Source of the DNA: an uncultured Planctomycetaceae bacterium
GTDB taxonomy: Bacteria; Planctomycetota; Planctomycetia; Isosphaerales; Isosphaeraceae
NCBI GenBank assembly: GCA_963833985.1
Contig: CAWIAD010000001.1
Span: 1,536,001-1,600,000 of the forward strand
Direction: 5' to 3'
Length of the DNA: 64,000 nt
The translations under genes were made by a program, and so were the position numbers. Shown here piece after piece: positions 50,533 to 61,900 of the stretch (the first letter of the stretch is position 1; each line of letters opens with the position of its first letter). Under the pieces are notes generated by a model. It did not search any database, had not been told where the DNA came from, and saw only the letters and a program-made list of their open reading frames with translations.

Positions 50533-51798
50533 ATGAGGATGAGCGAGCAGATCCGCCTCGATGGCGAGCAGCACGGGCACACTGCCGGACCGATCACGAC
50601 GGATACGAGGCGGCAGTCACGACCGTCGGAGCTCTACCAGCAGCGCGTTTCCATGCACAGTACCGGTGCCCGGTCGGCTGATCGCATCCTGATAATCGGC
50701 TTTCTGATCGCGATCAGCCTGCCACTCCTGGGACTGGTGTTTCACGGTGAGAACGGGACCACGGTCGGTGAGAACCGCAAGGCCGCGGCCATGCCAGAAC
50801 TGCGGCTCCGGGGCAAGAGCCTGGCGGCATTCCCCGCCCAGTTCGAGGCCTACTTCAATGACCACTTCGGCTTCCGCGAGCGGTTGATCCACTGGCTGAA
50901 CTTCACGAAAGTCGTCGGACTGGGCGTCTCGCCGTCGCCCAAGGTCATTCTGGGCAGTAACGGCTGGCTCTTCTACGGCGATATCGAGCTGCCCTACTAC
51001 CGGGCGCTCGTGCCGCTCACGTTCCAGGAACTGGAGCAATGGCGCCGGCTCTTCGAGACCCGGCGCGACTGGCTGGCGGTTCGCGGCATTCCCTACCTCG
51101 TCGTCATACCGCCCAACAAGAGCACGATCTACCCAGAGCACATGCCCCCATCCTACAACCAGGTACATGCGCGATCTCGACTGGACCAGTTGATGGACTA
51201 TCTTCGGGTACACACAGATCTCAAGGTGCTTGATCTACGTCAGCCATTGCTCGCCGCCAAGAACACGGAACGGGTCTATTACCGCACCGATACGCACTGG
51301 AACTGGCACGGCGGGTACGTGGGATACGCGGCGATCGTCGCTGCCCTTTCAGAGTGGTTTCCCCAGCTTCAACCGGTCGACCGCAACGTGTTTCGAGACC
51401 AGCTCTACGAAGAACCAGGACGAGACCTGTCGATGATGCTCGGGCTCCGGGAATACTTCGCCGACCGCTACATTGACATCGCTGCTCCCAAGCCGAGGGA
51501 GGCTATCGACGTGGGGCAAACAAAGGAGGAGTCCGACTTGCCTGGGCGGCAAGCTAGACGAGGGGAGGACTTTGCCTACGAGAATCGAGGGAAAGGACTT
51601 CCCCGCGCAGTCGTGTTCCGCGACTCATTCGCGACCTGGCTAATCCCTCTGCTGGCAGATCATTTCGATCGAATCGTTTTCTCCTGGCAGTACAGCTTCG
51701 ATCGTATTCTCGTGGAGAAAGAGCACCCGGATGTCGTCGTCCAGGAAATGGTAGAACGTATTCTAATCCACCCAGCAGAAACATTCTTGGAGCGGTGA
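50533..51798 (+). CDS. AlgJ/AlgX-like SGNH O-acetyltransferase (DHHW type)
   Basis: TM anchor, ENR, NDHFGFR, GWLFY, PPNKSTIYPE, RTDTHWN (DxH) and RDSF. Start uncertain. Confidence 0.88.
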   Translation: MRMSEQIRLDGEQHGHTAGPITTDTRRQSRPSELYQQRVSMHSTGARSADRILIIGFLIAISLPLLGLVFHGENGTTVGENRKAAAMPELRLRGKSLAAFPAQFEAYFNDHFGFRERLIHWLNFTKVVGLGVSPSPKVILGSNGWLFYGDIELPYYRALVPLTFQELEQWRRLFETRRDWLAVRGIPYLVVIPPNKSTIYPEHMPPSYNQVHARSRLDQLMDYLRVHTDLKVLDLRQPLLAAKNTERVYYRTDTHWNWHGGYVGYAAIVAALSEWFPQLQPVDRNVFRDQLYEEPGRDLSMMLGLREYFADRYIDIAAPKPREAIDVGQTKEESDLPGRQARRGEDFAYENRGKGLPRAVVFRDSFATWLIPLLADHFDRIVFSWQYSFDRILVEKEHPDVVVQEMVERILIHPAETFLER

Positions 51799-51929
51799 AT
51801 CCGCCTTGACCAGTTGCCAAAAGCAAATAAGCTTTGCGTAATGTCCATTTTGTCCATCCGACCTGGCGGCCGGCCGCCGTGCAGCGAGATCCGACCCAGC
51901 CTTCTGCCCTTGAACCGGAGTCTTTATAC

Positions 51930-53624
51930 ATGCTCGCCACGCGCGCCCATGCACTGAGGACCAACGAGCCACACGAGCGAGTCGAACCACGTGTGATGAG
52001 CCTGATTCGTCGAGCTCCACGGCCTCACGTTCTGGTAGCACGTGATTACCAGGAGTATCAGCTCGTGGCGCGGACAGTTGCTGATCTGAACAGCGATTGG
52101 CTAAGGAGGATCTGGTTTCGAGATCATGGCTCGACACCAGCTCAAACGCGCGGTTATTGCGCGGTATGTGGGAGGTGGGGCGTATTCGACGTGGATTCTA
52201 CAGTTTGCTCGGAGTGGGAGGGACTACGCGTCCCCTGGTGGGCCAATACGCTTTCTTGTCCAAAATGTCAACTCGCCGCCCGCATGCGCGCGGCGCTTCA
52301 TCTCTTCGAGTCCATGGTTGCGCCTCGTCCAGATGAAGAGATCTACATCACCGAACAGAACACTCTCCTGTATCGGCAATTCCTCCGGAGGTATCCGAAG
52401 CTCATCGGCAGTGAATATCTCGTCGGTTCAACTCCAAAGGGGCAGACGAGCTATTCGGGCTTTCGCTGCGAAGATCTCACGGACCTGACTTTCGCGGATG
52501 CACAGCTCGATCATATTCTTACTTTCGAGGTCCTCGAGCACATACCGGACTACCAGGCGGCACTCAGTGAGTGTGCTCGGGTTCTTAAACCTGGCGGTAC
52601 GCTTTACTGCTCCGCTCCTTTCCATGGTTCCCCGCGGCATACAGTGAGGGCGCGGGTCCTCGAGGATGGATCGATCGAGCATTTGCTTCCGCCGGAATAC
52701 CACGGCAATCCGATCGATCCGGATGGCGTGCTCTGCTACCGCTATTTCGGCTTCGAGTTGCTGGACGAGCTCCGCGCCGCGGGGTTCAGCGATCCCAGAG
52801 CCTGGATCTACTGGTCCGCGAAGCTTGGATACCTGGGTGAGGACCGCGTTGTTTTCGTCGCGGAGCGTTCCCGTTCAAGCGATCACTCTCCTCGGGTGCC
52901 TGCCGGAAACTCTCGTCCGCGGATCGAGCTTGGAAAGAACCGAGGACGGATCCTGATCGAGAAGCTTCTCGAGGACAAGCCTCTGCTTCACCCCGGACAG
53001 ATCTCATGGGCAGTGTCACCGGCGGTGCTCCGGTACTTCGCGGATCTCGTGAAGCCGAACGACCGCACAGTTGAAACCGGTGCTGGCTACACAACGGTCG
53101 CCCTCGCGGCACTGGGCGCGCATCATGTCTCGGTCACGAGCGACTCTGAAAGCGCCGAACTAACGCGCGCCTACCTCGACAAGCTCGGCATCGCACACAA
53201 GGTCACCTGGATCATCGAACCTTCCGATACGGCACTGCCGAGATTACCGACGACCGAAATCTACGATTTTGCCTATGTCGACGGCTGCCACTCCTATCCC
53301 CTGCCGGCCATCGACTGGCATTTTCTCGACCAACATCTGAGGGTCGGAGGCCTCATCGGATTCGACAATGTTGAGGTTCCCTCTGTTCATTTCCACACCG
53401 AGTTCTTGCGGATGAACGGGAGTTATCGACAGATCAATAAGATCACTCACGATCCCTCGAACTATACGGTCACGTTCTATGAGAAACTTCGCGACGAGCC
53501 GCGCACCGACATCGCCCAACGGTTCAACCACAGGCGAGTGACTCGCAACAACTGGAGAGACTCACTGAAGACGACCTTGAGCGGATGGCTTGTCCGCGAG
53601 GGCAAGCCGTGGCCATGGTCCTGA
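51930..53624 (+). CDS. Tandem class I SAM methyltransferase with N-terminal Zn-ribbon
   Basis: CAVC...CPKC; first MT domain EVLEHIPD...RVLKPGG; second MT domain ETGAGYTT and YVDGCHSYP. Start uncertain. Confidence 0.82.
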   Translation: MLATRAHALRTNEPHERVEPRVMSLIRRAPRPHVLVARDYQEYQLVARTVADLNSDWLRRIWFRDHGSTPAQTRGYCAVCGRWGVFDVDSTVCSEWEGLRVPWWANTLSCPKCQLAARMRAALHLFESMVAPRPDEEIYITEQNTLLYRQFLRRYPKLIGSEYLVGSTPKGQTSYSGFRCEDLTDLTFADAQLDHILTFEVLEHIPDYQAALSECARVLKPGGTLYCSAPFHGSPRHTVRARVLEDGSIEHLLPPEYHGNPIDPDGVLCYRYFGFELLDELRAAGFSDPRAWIYWSAKLGYLGEDRVVFVAERSRSSDHSPRVPAGNSRPRIELGKNRGRILIEKLLEDKPLLHPGQISWAVSPAVLRYFADLVKPNDRTVETGAGYTTVALAALGAHHVSVTSDSESAELTRAYLDKLGIAHKVTWIIEPSDTALPRLPTTEIYDFAYVDGCHSYPLPAIDWHFLDQHLRVGGLIGFDNVEVPSVHFHTEFLRMNGSYRQINKITHDPSNYTVTFYEKLRDEPRTDIAQRFNHRRVTRNNWRDSLKTTLSGWLVREGKPWPWS

Positions 53625-53899
53625 TCATTGACTTGTTTTGCACAACGAGTTGAGGGACGTGAATGAGCAAGTTGCAACGGGATACCGGCCTGGAGAGATA
53701 GGAGTGCTAACTGACGAATTCCGCCGTGACTCCGCCTGATCGCTGAGCGTTGGAGACCTGGCTCGATTTGAGATCTTCGTTTGTTTCGGCCTAACTCATT
53801 GTACGAAACCTTGCTGCTGACGCGATCAGGAACTGCCAGGCCACGGATCGCAGGTTCACTTTTGGACCTGTTGAGCGGTGCAGCCCGTGCGTACCGAAG

Positions 53900-54524
53900 G
53901 CCGATCGATGGATGCCGTCCAGGTAGGAGCGGCGGATGGCGAGCGCTTCCATGGCCAGCACATGTTGTTTCAATCTCGGCTTTGGACTGGCTCGGCACAC
54001 GACTTGAAGTTGACGTCGACAGGCTGCGTTGTCGCAAGACATCGGTCCCAAAGGAATGGCCAAGGTGCGAGAGGACGCGGGCCAAGTCGCCCGTAGGACT
54101 TTCATGCCGACCCACAAACTTCGCGAACTCCCGGCCCGCGGGACCGGTCTACCATTTGTAGGTGCGGCTGACGTAACCGGGCTCGTGTGGGATGCAGAGC
54201 CGGATGAGTTCCGAGAAATCATCCGAGGCGGTTCCCTCGTGCACGCGCTGGGGATGCCGGACCCCCGGCTCGATGACCTCCAGGTTCCCGCCTGGAATTT
54301 CCGCCACAGCTCCTACCAGCTTTAGAGGATGCTGGACAAACCTGAACAGGAACGAGTGAACTTCACGGAGCATGGAGAGGAGGCTATGTCGATACGTCAC
54401 GCCGTCGATCGTCGCGGGTCGCTCGATCTGCACGCCACAATGCGGCAGCGTGTTCAACCCAGGTTCCACCCGTTTTCGGTATGTGCAGGAAGTGACGGCC
54501 CGAAGGTAGCAACCGTGCCGCCAT
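53900..54524 (-). pseudogene. Decayed sulfotransferase family-2-like gene
   Basis: From ATG 54524: MAARLLPSGRHFLHIPKTGGTWVEH (5'-PSB motif), then FRFVQHPL (FVRHP-like) and FVGRHESPTGDLARVL (FVGRxE-like), spread over several frames with in-frame TAG stops. End approximate. Confidence 0.72.
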
Positions 54525-54747
54525 ACCTACTTGCCCCCGAATACCTGGCGCTCACACGGATCAAGGTGCGTTGCGTGCTCTCCGCCAGGGCGATCTTTGA
54601 TTTGAATTTTGTGCTGATTCGTGATCAGGCAACGGAAGAACCGCCCGGCAGGGCTCCAGTCGTCAGGATCGCTGCGTTGGGCAGTCAGTCCCGGAAAAAA
54701 GTAGTGATTGGACCACGGGGCGACGTTTTCCGCCCCGCTGGAACAGC

Positions 54748-55913
54748 TCACGCGCTACGCCGCAAGCTCTGGGGTTCGTCGTAGACAACAGCGTTCTCGG
54801 TGGCGCTGAATTCCTCGAGCACGGATTGCACCGCCTCAAGGTAACGGTGTCCGTACCGGGTGTCCGGTTCGAGGTACATTCCCTCGGCCCATTCGTTCCA
54901 GGCGTTGATGAACACCACGCGCTCCTCGCGTGGCTTGTGCACCACGCTCCGGACCATGAGCGCGAGCTGCTCCCGGAACAACTCGGGTGAGGAGTCGATC
55001 ATCACGATGGCGTGTTTGCCCCTGCGGGCCGTGTTGTCCCAGCCCACGAAGCAGTTCGGAAAATGCGGGAATGTGGGCCGCACGCCTGCCATGAGCTGGG
55101 TCGACCTGGCGTAGGAATAGACCTTCAACGTGGGACTGAGGATTCCGTGCTTCAGGTTGCGGCGGAACTTGGTTCGCAGGGCGTTGTCGTCGAACGCGTC
55201 GGGCCCGAGCACCCCAAGCTGCGGCTCGTGATGCTCGGTCATGTCAAAACCCAGCTCGCGCATGTCGGTCAGCGGCCGGTGAGCGTCGATGCCCACAAGA
55301 TAAGGTTCCGGCATTCCCAGCCGATGGAACTCCTCGCGAAAGGTGTCGGTCGTGCGCCTTGAATCCGGCAGCGCGATCGGCTTGTAGACAACGATCATCG
55401 GCCGCCCTTGAATGCGGATATAACGTAGATCGGCCGCGGCGCCCGCGAGCCATCGCGCATGCACCGGTCGTCCTCCTCGGAGTACGTCTGCTCCACCAGC
55501 AGCTCCCGGTCGTCACCCAGCCAGCTTCGTGACCACGATTCGTTGGCCCAGGCCAGGCAGAAGGGGAAATCCGGTTCGCCGCTGGCCAGGATCTCCCCGA
55601 CCGGCCGTTCCAGCAGCCTGCGACCGTGGAACCAGTAGTGCCAGTAACAGAAGCCTTCGATGCCGTAGCGCCTGGCCAGTTCCGCCTGGGCGGCCCGTGC
55701 CTCGGGGAGTCTCAGATCGTAGTATCCCAGGTCCGCCGGTAGCCGGGGCTGGTAATGGCCGCGGAAGAGTGGTTCTGCCTTGGCGACGTTCGTCCACTCC
55801 GTGAACCCCTTCCCCCACCACTGGTCGTTCTCGGCGATGGGGTGGAACTGGGGCAGGTGAAAGGCGATGAGCCGCGCACTCTGGCTATCTCCTGGATTCA
55901 ATCGAACTTCCAT
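54748..55913 (-). CDS. GH99-like / WbsX-family protein (frameshift near 55463)
   Basis: LIAFHLPQFHPIAENDQWWGKGFTEW, FCYWHYWF and CLAWANESW; then GWDNTARR and FINAWNEWAEGMYLEPD in the second frame. Confidence 0.88.
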
Positions 55914-55974
55914 GTTGAGGTTTCCACGGGTTTGCGAAAGGCTTGCCCTGCGCACGTCGCGGTAGACGCGGACA

Positions 55975-57072
55975 CTACACATCAACCCATGCCAGATCCT
56001 TCACCTTCGGCAGCAGGCTGCTCCGCGCCCAGTGCACGAACGGCCTGTCCACGCAGTCCGTCACATCGACCTCGGGCAGGAGGTCGCCGCAGATCCCGTC
56101 CTGCACGAAGAACGCGTTGAAACCCAGGCGCTGCACGCCCACGAGACGGTAGCCCTTGCGGCGGGCCAGCTTCACGAAGGCCGGCAGGCTGGCGCCCGAG
56201 TAGATGCCGAAGCCGTCGACGGACTGTGCCCGGAAGTCCGCCGCGTAGGGAACCGTCACGGCGCGCTGGTCTCCCCAGATGCACTGGATCTCGGCGACCA
56301 CGACCCTGGGCTGCACCACATCCAGGGCCTCCCAGACCCAGTAATCCACGCCGTCAATATCCAGCGAGAGCAGGTCGATCGGGCCCGCGAATCCGCGTTC
56401 CGCGATCAGCTGGTTCAGATTCTCGCGGCTGATCCACGAGTTGACGAACGTGGGAGGCAGGCAAAACGTATCTCCCAGAGTTGCGTAGAATGAGCGGCCC
56501 CGCTCCACGAGCTGCGGGTCGCCATCGAACAGCAGCCCTTGCCAGCCGTGATTGATGATCAGGTTCGCCGTGTTGCACTGGATGCCATCTCCGGCACAGA
56601 CCTCGATGCAACGACGCTCGCCCATGCCGATCAGGCTGAAGATGTAGAGCAGGATGCCGTCCTCGCCGTTCTGGCTGAAGGCGCGGAATTCGACATCCTG
56701 GAACCGAGGCAAGCCGCTCCCGTTCCTTGCCATCTGGCAGTACTGATTGGCGAGTACAAGCTGAGCGACCTTGGAACCCGCTCCATCGGGAGCGTGGCTT
56801 GAGCGGTGGGCCAGGTGCTGAAACTCGCGGGCAGTCGCTTCCTGGGCGCGGTGCACTGACTCGACCGTGGCCATGGTGCGTTCCAGCAGGGCACGAAGTT
56901 CGACGACCTGGTGCCGCAGCTCGCTGATGCCCAGTTCCGCGACCTCGCGGCGCAGCTCGGCCACGCCGAGTTCCGCGACCTCGCGGCCCAGTCCGGCGAT
57001 CTGGCTGCTCAGCCCCTCGATGCCGGACAGCGACCGCATCCTTGCCAGGAGTCTTTTAAGGGCTCCCCGCAT
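55975..57072 (-). CDS. FkbM-like methyltransferase-fold protein with N-terminal coiled coil
   Basis: FSQNGEDG, IEVCAGDG..CNT and LLSLDIDGVDYWVW; heptad N-terminus; GGAAGGAG RBS. Confidence 0.78.
   Translation of the reverse strand: MRGALKRLLARMRSLSGIEGLSSQIAGLGREVAELGVAELRREVAELGISELRHQVVELRALLERTMATVESVHRAQEATAREFQHLAHRSSHAPDGAGSKVAQLVLANQYCQMARNGSGLPRFQDVEFRAFSQNGEDGILLYIFSLIGMGERRCIEVCAGDGIQCNTANLIINHGWQGLLFDGDPQLVERGRSFYATLGDTFCLPPTFVNSWISRENLNQLIAERGFAGPIDLLSLDIDGVDYWVWEALDVVQPRVVVAEIQCIWGDQRAVTVPYAADFRAQSVDGFGIYSGASLPAFVKLARRKGYRLVGVQRLGFNAFFVQDGICGDLLPEVDVTDCVDRPFVHWARSSLLPKVKDLAWVDV
56897..56990. repeat. 36-bp-period tandem repeat encoding coiled-coil units (REVAELGxxELR)
   Basis: agttccgcgacctcgcggc occurs at 56933 and 56969, with a degenerate third copy at 56897. 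Confidence 0.75.
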
Positions 57073-57326
57073 GGGACTCCTTCCATTGTCGAGAAAGCAG
57101 GTCGAGCCAGTCGAAACGAGTCGATAACCATTACAGGCGGGCGATGTGCCTGCAATCCGGAGCGAGTTATAACTTCTCCCTGTTCTGGGTCAAGCCAACT
57201 CGAGCAAGCTGCCTCCCGGCGGGGCTGCCTGACAGCAGACAGGAAAACCCGCCTGGACCGAAGACGCCCCGGGAAAGTACGATCCGCCGCAAGACCCGAT
57301 CAGATGTCAGACACGGAGGTGGTCTG

Positions 57327-58895
57327 GTGCCGCAAGAAGCGACGCGGTCCTTCACGCCTGGAAACGGAGACGATTGGAGCGAACAGCTCGAGGAATCGCT
57401 CCAGGCGTACGAAGCGGAACTTGAAAAAGCGTATGCCAGGATTGACGACCTGGAGCGTGAGCTGGCCCGCACGGCTGAACCGGCGGTGACGCCAGCCGCA
57501 GAGGTTCTGGAACTGCCCGCACAGACCGTTCCCGGGGCGTACAGGCTCGATTCCGGCTTTGTGCGTTGGGGCCTGCGACTTCTGAGGCGTATCTCCGACC
57601 TCGGGCCCCGAGAATCGGTGCGTCCTGCCAGCACGTCCGGACAGAAGCCGTTGCTGGATCGACCCGGCCTGCGTGTCGACCCTGGCGCACGAACCCCGGC
57701 AAGTCCGTTACTTTCCGGCAATGGCCACGTCGGGGCACCTTCGCACCCCGGTCGGGTCTTGATCATTGACCACCGGCTGCCGACGACTGACCGCGACTGT
57801 GGATCGGTGCGGATGATGGAGTTGATGCGGCTCATCATCTCCCGGGGCCATTCCATCACGTTCCTTCCAGACAACTTTTTTGTGTGGCCGCCCTACCTCG
57901 AGGACCTGGAAGCGGTTGGCGTCGAAGTGGTACATCCTTCACGATATCGCTACGCGGCCCAGTTTCTGAAGGAGCGCGGTCACGAATTCGGGCTGGCAAT
58001 CATCTCGCGGGCCGGCATCGCCGCTCGGCACCTGACGACGGTCCGGCGGCTGGCGCCGCAAGCGAGGATCGTCTTTGACACCGTGGATTTGCACTTCTTG
58101 CGTGAGGAACGCCAGGCCAGAATCTCCAGTAACCCCGCCCTGACCAGCGCCGGCGCCACTCGCAAACGACAGGAGCTGAGGCTGGCGCGGCTGGCGGATC
58201 TCACGGTCGTCGTCAGCCCGGCCGAGAAGGACCTGCTCGAAAGGGAATGTCCCGGCATCGACGTGGCAGTCATTCCTACCATTTATCCGCTCGAGACTGC
58301 CAGACCCCCCGGGTTTGCGCGACGCCGGCACATCGTCTTCATCGGCGGCTTCGATCACGCACCCAATGTGGACTCTGTCCTTTACTTCGCCACAGAGATC
58401 TTCCCCCTGGTCCAGTCGCGCGTCCCTGGGGCGGAGTTCCAGATCATCGGCAGCCAGCCGCCGACGCAGATCCTGGCCCTGGCGAGCGACCGCGTCAAGG
58501 TCCTTGGCTTCGTCCCCGACGTCAAGCCGGTATTCGACCGGGCCCGGCTCTCGGTGGCGCCGATTCGGTTCGGAGCCGGCGTGAAGGGCAAGGTGAATCA
58601 GAGCATGGCGCTGGGCGTCCCTGCTGTCGTCACATCGATCGCCGCCGAAGGCATGCACCTCGTGCACGAGCACAACGCGATGATCGCCGACGACCCGCAC
58701 AGCTTTGCCGATGCCGTGGCCAGAGTCTGGAACTCGCGCGAGTTATGGGAGCGGCTGTCCGCCGGCGGCGTCCGCAATCTACGCGACCATTTCTCGGTGG
58801 AAGCGGCCGCAAGGCCGATCGATGCCATGCTCGAGTGGGCAGGCCTCGGAGCCAGGCCGACCGCGTCGCTCGGCTCGGTACCGCGACGCGGCTGA
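57327..58895 (+). CDS. GT4 (GT-B fold) glycosyltransferase with N-terminal coiled coil
   Basis: GTG start after GGAGGT; EQLEESLQAYEAELEKAYARIDDLERELAR; DRDCGS, FDTVDLH, GGFDHAPN and APIRFGAGVKGKV. Confidence 0.88.
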   Translation: MPQEATRSFTPGNGDDWSEQLEESLQAYEAELEKAYARIDDLERELARTAEPAVTPAAEVLELPAQTVPGAYRLDSGFVRWGLRLLRRISDLGPRESVRPASTSGQKPLLDRPGLRVDPGARTPASPLLSGNGHVGAPSHPGRVLIIDHRLPTTDRDCGSVRMMELMRLIISRGHSITFLPDNFFVWPPYLEDLEAVGVEVVHPSRYRYAAQFLKERGHEFGLAIISRAGIAARHLTTVRRLAPQARIVFDTVDLHFLREERQARISSNPALTSAGATRKRQELRLARLADLTVVVSPAEKDLLERECPGIDVAVIPTIYPLETARPPGFARRRHIVFIGGFDHAPNVDSVLYFATEIFPLVQSRVPGAEFQIIGSQPPTQILALASDRVKVLGFVPDVKPVFDRARLSVAPIRFGAGVKGKVNQSMALGVPAVVTSIAAEGMHLVHEHNAMIADDPHSFADAVARVWNSRELWERLSAGGVRNLRDHFSVEAAARPIDAMLEWAGLGARPTASLGSVPRRG

Positions 58896-58942
58896 TAGCC
58901 GCCGATGTTCCGTCGCGGCGTGCGTGCCAGGCCCATGCCCCC

Positions 58943-61900
58943 CTAGGCCGATTGCCGCGATGGCCTGGCCTGGGTCCTGGCCCTCGCTGCCTCGGCATGC
59001 TCTCTGACGCGCTGGGCTCTCAGCGGGTCGAGCGCCCCGGAGTAGGCCTCCAGGCAGGCAGCGGCTACCACTTCGATATGGAATCGCGACTGAAAGATCG
59101 CGCTGGCCCTGGCGCAGTGGGCTTCGTGCACGGTCGGTTCGGTCAGGTACCGCAAGAGTGCCGCTGTCAGAGCGTCCGTTCCGATCCGCGAGCGGAGATC
59201 AAGCGGCACCAGGGTCCCCGCCACACGGCTGCCGTCCGTAATCATGCCGGGGGCTGCGCCAGCGTCCGGGGCGATGACGGGAATGCCACGAGCCAGCGCG
59301 GCAGCCACCAGCGCGATCGACTCGGTCTGCTCCACCGCCTGCACGGCCAGCAATGCGTCGCAGTGTCCCAGTGCCAGAAGGGGGTCGATGTCGTCTGCCA
59401 CCCTGATGACGCAACCCGACGATAGGTATTCGAGATCCTCCGGGGGCTGGCTCTCAGGACCGGCGGCAGTCACCAGGCGAAGCGTGCGATGTCCACGGGC
59501 GTCCGCGGGCAGCCAGTTGATGTTCTGTATCGTCGCGACCGCGAGGCTCTCGTTCTTTTCGGGACGGCTCACCTCCAGGGACGAGGAGCACAAGGAAATC
59601 GCTTTTCTTTCTGCGGAGCCCCAGCGCCTCCTCTTGCGGTAGTGCGAAGGGGTCGAATCCTGGAGGCACCGTGAGCCGCCGTCGTGCGGGTGGTGCCGGT
59701 AAGTTCTCAAGCAGCCTGGACGCGCGCTCGCCATCCTCGCCACCTTCGGTTGCCGGGGCAAGCTGCTCCAGTCCCGGCCAGGCCGATGCGAGATTCCCCG
59801 CAGGATTTGCTTGGTATTCTTCTTCACCGAGCTGGCAGAACCAGGGGACCAGATGGGGTTTGCGGATGGCCTGCATCAGTCCATCCGCGGCGCCGGAGCA
59901 GGAGTGGATCACGTCGATTCGATGAATCCGGATGAGCTCCTCGATCACCCTGGCACGCGGAACATCGGACACTGCGTGACGGTGGGCTGATCGGTCTCTC
60001 CGAGCATCCGGTGAGATCGCCTCCGGGGCTTCCTCGAGGAAGACGACTCGCTGCTCGATGTGCGCGATCATGGAGGTGTCGGCCAGTGCCGGGCAGGCGA
60101 TACACAGAAACACGGTATGTTCCTGGGCCAGGGCGTTGGCTAGGTGGATGCACGCCAGTGTCTCGGCGGTCGGTGTCAGGTCCGCGACGACCAGCAAGAT
60201 CTTGATGTCCGAGCGCGGCGCCAGCCGGTCTCTGAAGATCTGGCGTATGTGCTTCAGGAGCGGTGCCGCCTTCGCGTGCGATCCCAGGTCCGGACGATCG
60301 AGAGAGAAGTGCTCGGTCAGCCAGTTGTATTCCTGTACGCTCTGACGCAGGCTGCGCAATCGCGCGCGGCGAGACCGGGAAGGTCTCGAACACGCGTGCT
60401 TTCACCAGGAGCGATTCCTCGACGTGGGTGTCACCGCGGACTGCCTCGCTGGAAACGGTCTGCTGGTGCCGGCGATAGATGTTCAGTGTCTCGGGAATGT
60501 AAGCCACCTTCCCGTGACGGAGCAGCATGGAATAGAAGAAGTGGTCGCCGGTGAACTTCAGTCTCGAGATTTCCTCCGCGAAATCGACCTCCGTTGGCCT
60601 GCGAAAAAGCACGGCGCTGGCGTTGGGAATGGTGTTTTTCTGAGAGAGGGCCAGTTCGACCTCCTCGGCACCGGTCGCTCGGTAGCGGGCCTGCCAGCGG
60701 CTCGGCGAGATGTCGCGCGTGTGGTCCAGGAAATCCGGCGCGAGGCTCTGTCCGTCCGGACCGATCAGCGCGGACTGGCAGTACGCGAGCACGACCTCGG
60801 GATCATAGAATTCGGGGACGAGCCGTTCCAGGAACTCGCGATGGCAGGTGTCGTCCGATTCGGCGATCCAGACCAGGTCGCCGGTGGCCAGCTTCAGCCC
60901 CTTGAGCCACTGCCGGAACGTGCTGCCGCTGTTCGTCTCGTTGCTGATGATATGCATGGGAACGGGCGATTCCGCGGCCAGCCGGTGGCGCCACCTCCAA
61001 ACTGTCATCGGGTGAGGCATCGTCCAGGAAGATGATCTCGCGCGGCGCGTGCGTCTGACGGAAGATGCTCCGAAGCCGTTCCTCGAGATAACTCGAGTGG
61101 CGGTAGCTCGGAACGATGACCGAGACGTCTAGCCGGCGTGGAGGGTGATAGTCGTACGATTCCTTGAGGATCGCCAGCAGACTTGCCATGAAGCGAGGCC
61201 ATGTCAGCGTCTCGCGCACAATGGCCCGACCCAGGCGGCCCATCTCCTGGCGCCTCGGGTCGTCCTGCAACAGGCTGAGGATCTCGTCGGCCATGGCCGC
61301 GACGTCCAGGTAAGGGACGGCGACGCCTGCCCGGTCCAGCACCTCGGGAGCTCCTCCGGCATCCTCGAAAGCGACCACGGGCAGACCACTCTCCATGGCT
61401 TCCAGGTTGACGATCGGGCAAGGGTCCTCGCGCGAGGTCAGCGCGAACAGGTCGGCCGCCAGGAAGTAAGGCACCGTGTCGCTACGCGGTCCGGTAAGGA
61501 TCACCCGGTTGTGCAGCCCGTGCAGGGCGGCATCGTGCATCAGCCAGTGGCGAATGTGCTCCTGATCCGAATGGCCGACCCAGACGAACCATGTCTTCTC
61601 GGCCAGCTCGCCCGCGCGAGGATCAATCAGTACGCGCCGGGCCACCTGGGCGAAGAGGTCAGCGCCCTTCCGCAGATCCACCGTGCCGCACCCCAGCACA
61701 ATCCGCGCATCGGTGGGAAGGTCCAGCTCCTTGAGCACGCGGGACCGTGCGAGTTCCCGGCTGATTCCGGACGTTCTGGGGGCTTGCCCGTAGTAAACCG
61801 CATGCACGATCGCCGGATCGACACCGAATTGTTCTACCCAGGCTTTCCGGACGATTCCGGCGGGCACGATGATCTGCCGCGAGACGGCCTTGATGCGCTC

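Noticed and set aside
53630..54750. Possible IS remnant in the lower-GC gap
   Set aside because: No transposase motif or terminal inverted repeats; most of the gap is explained by the sulfotransferase pseudogene.
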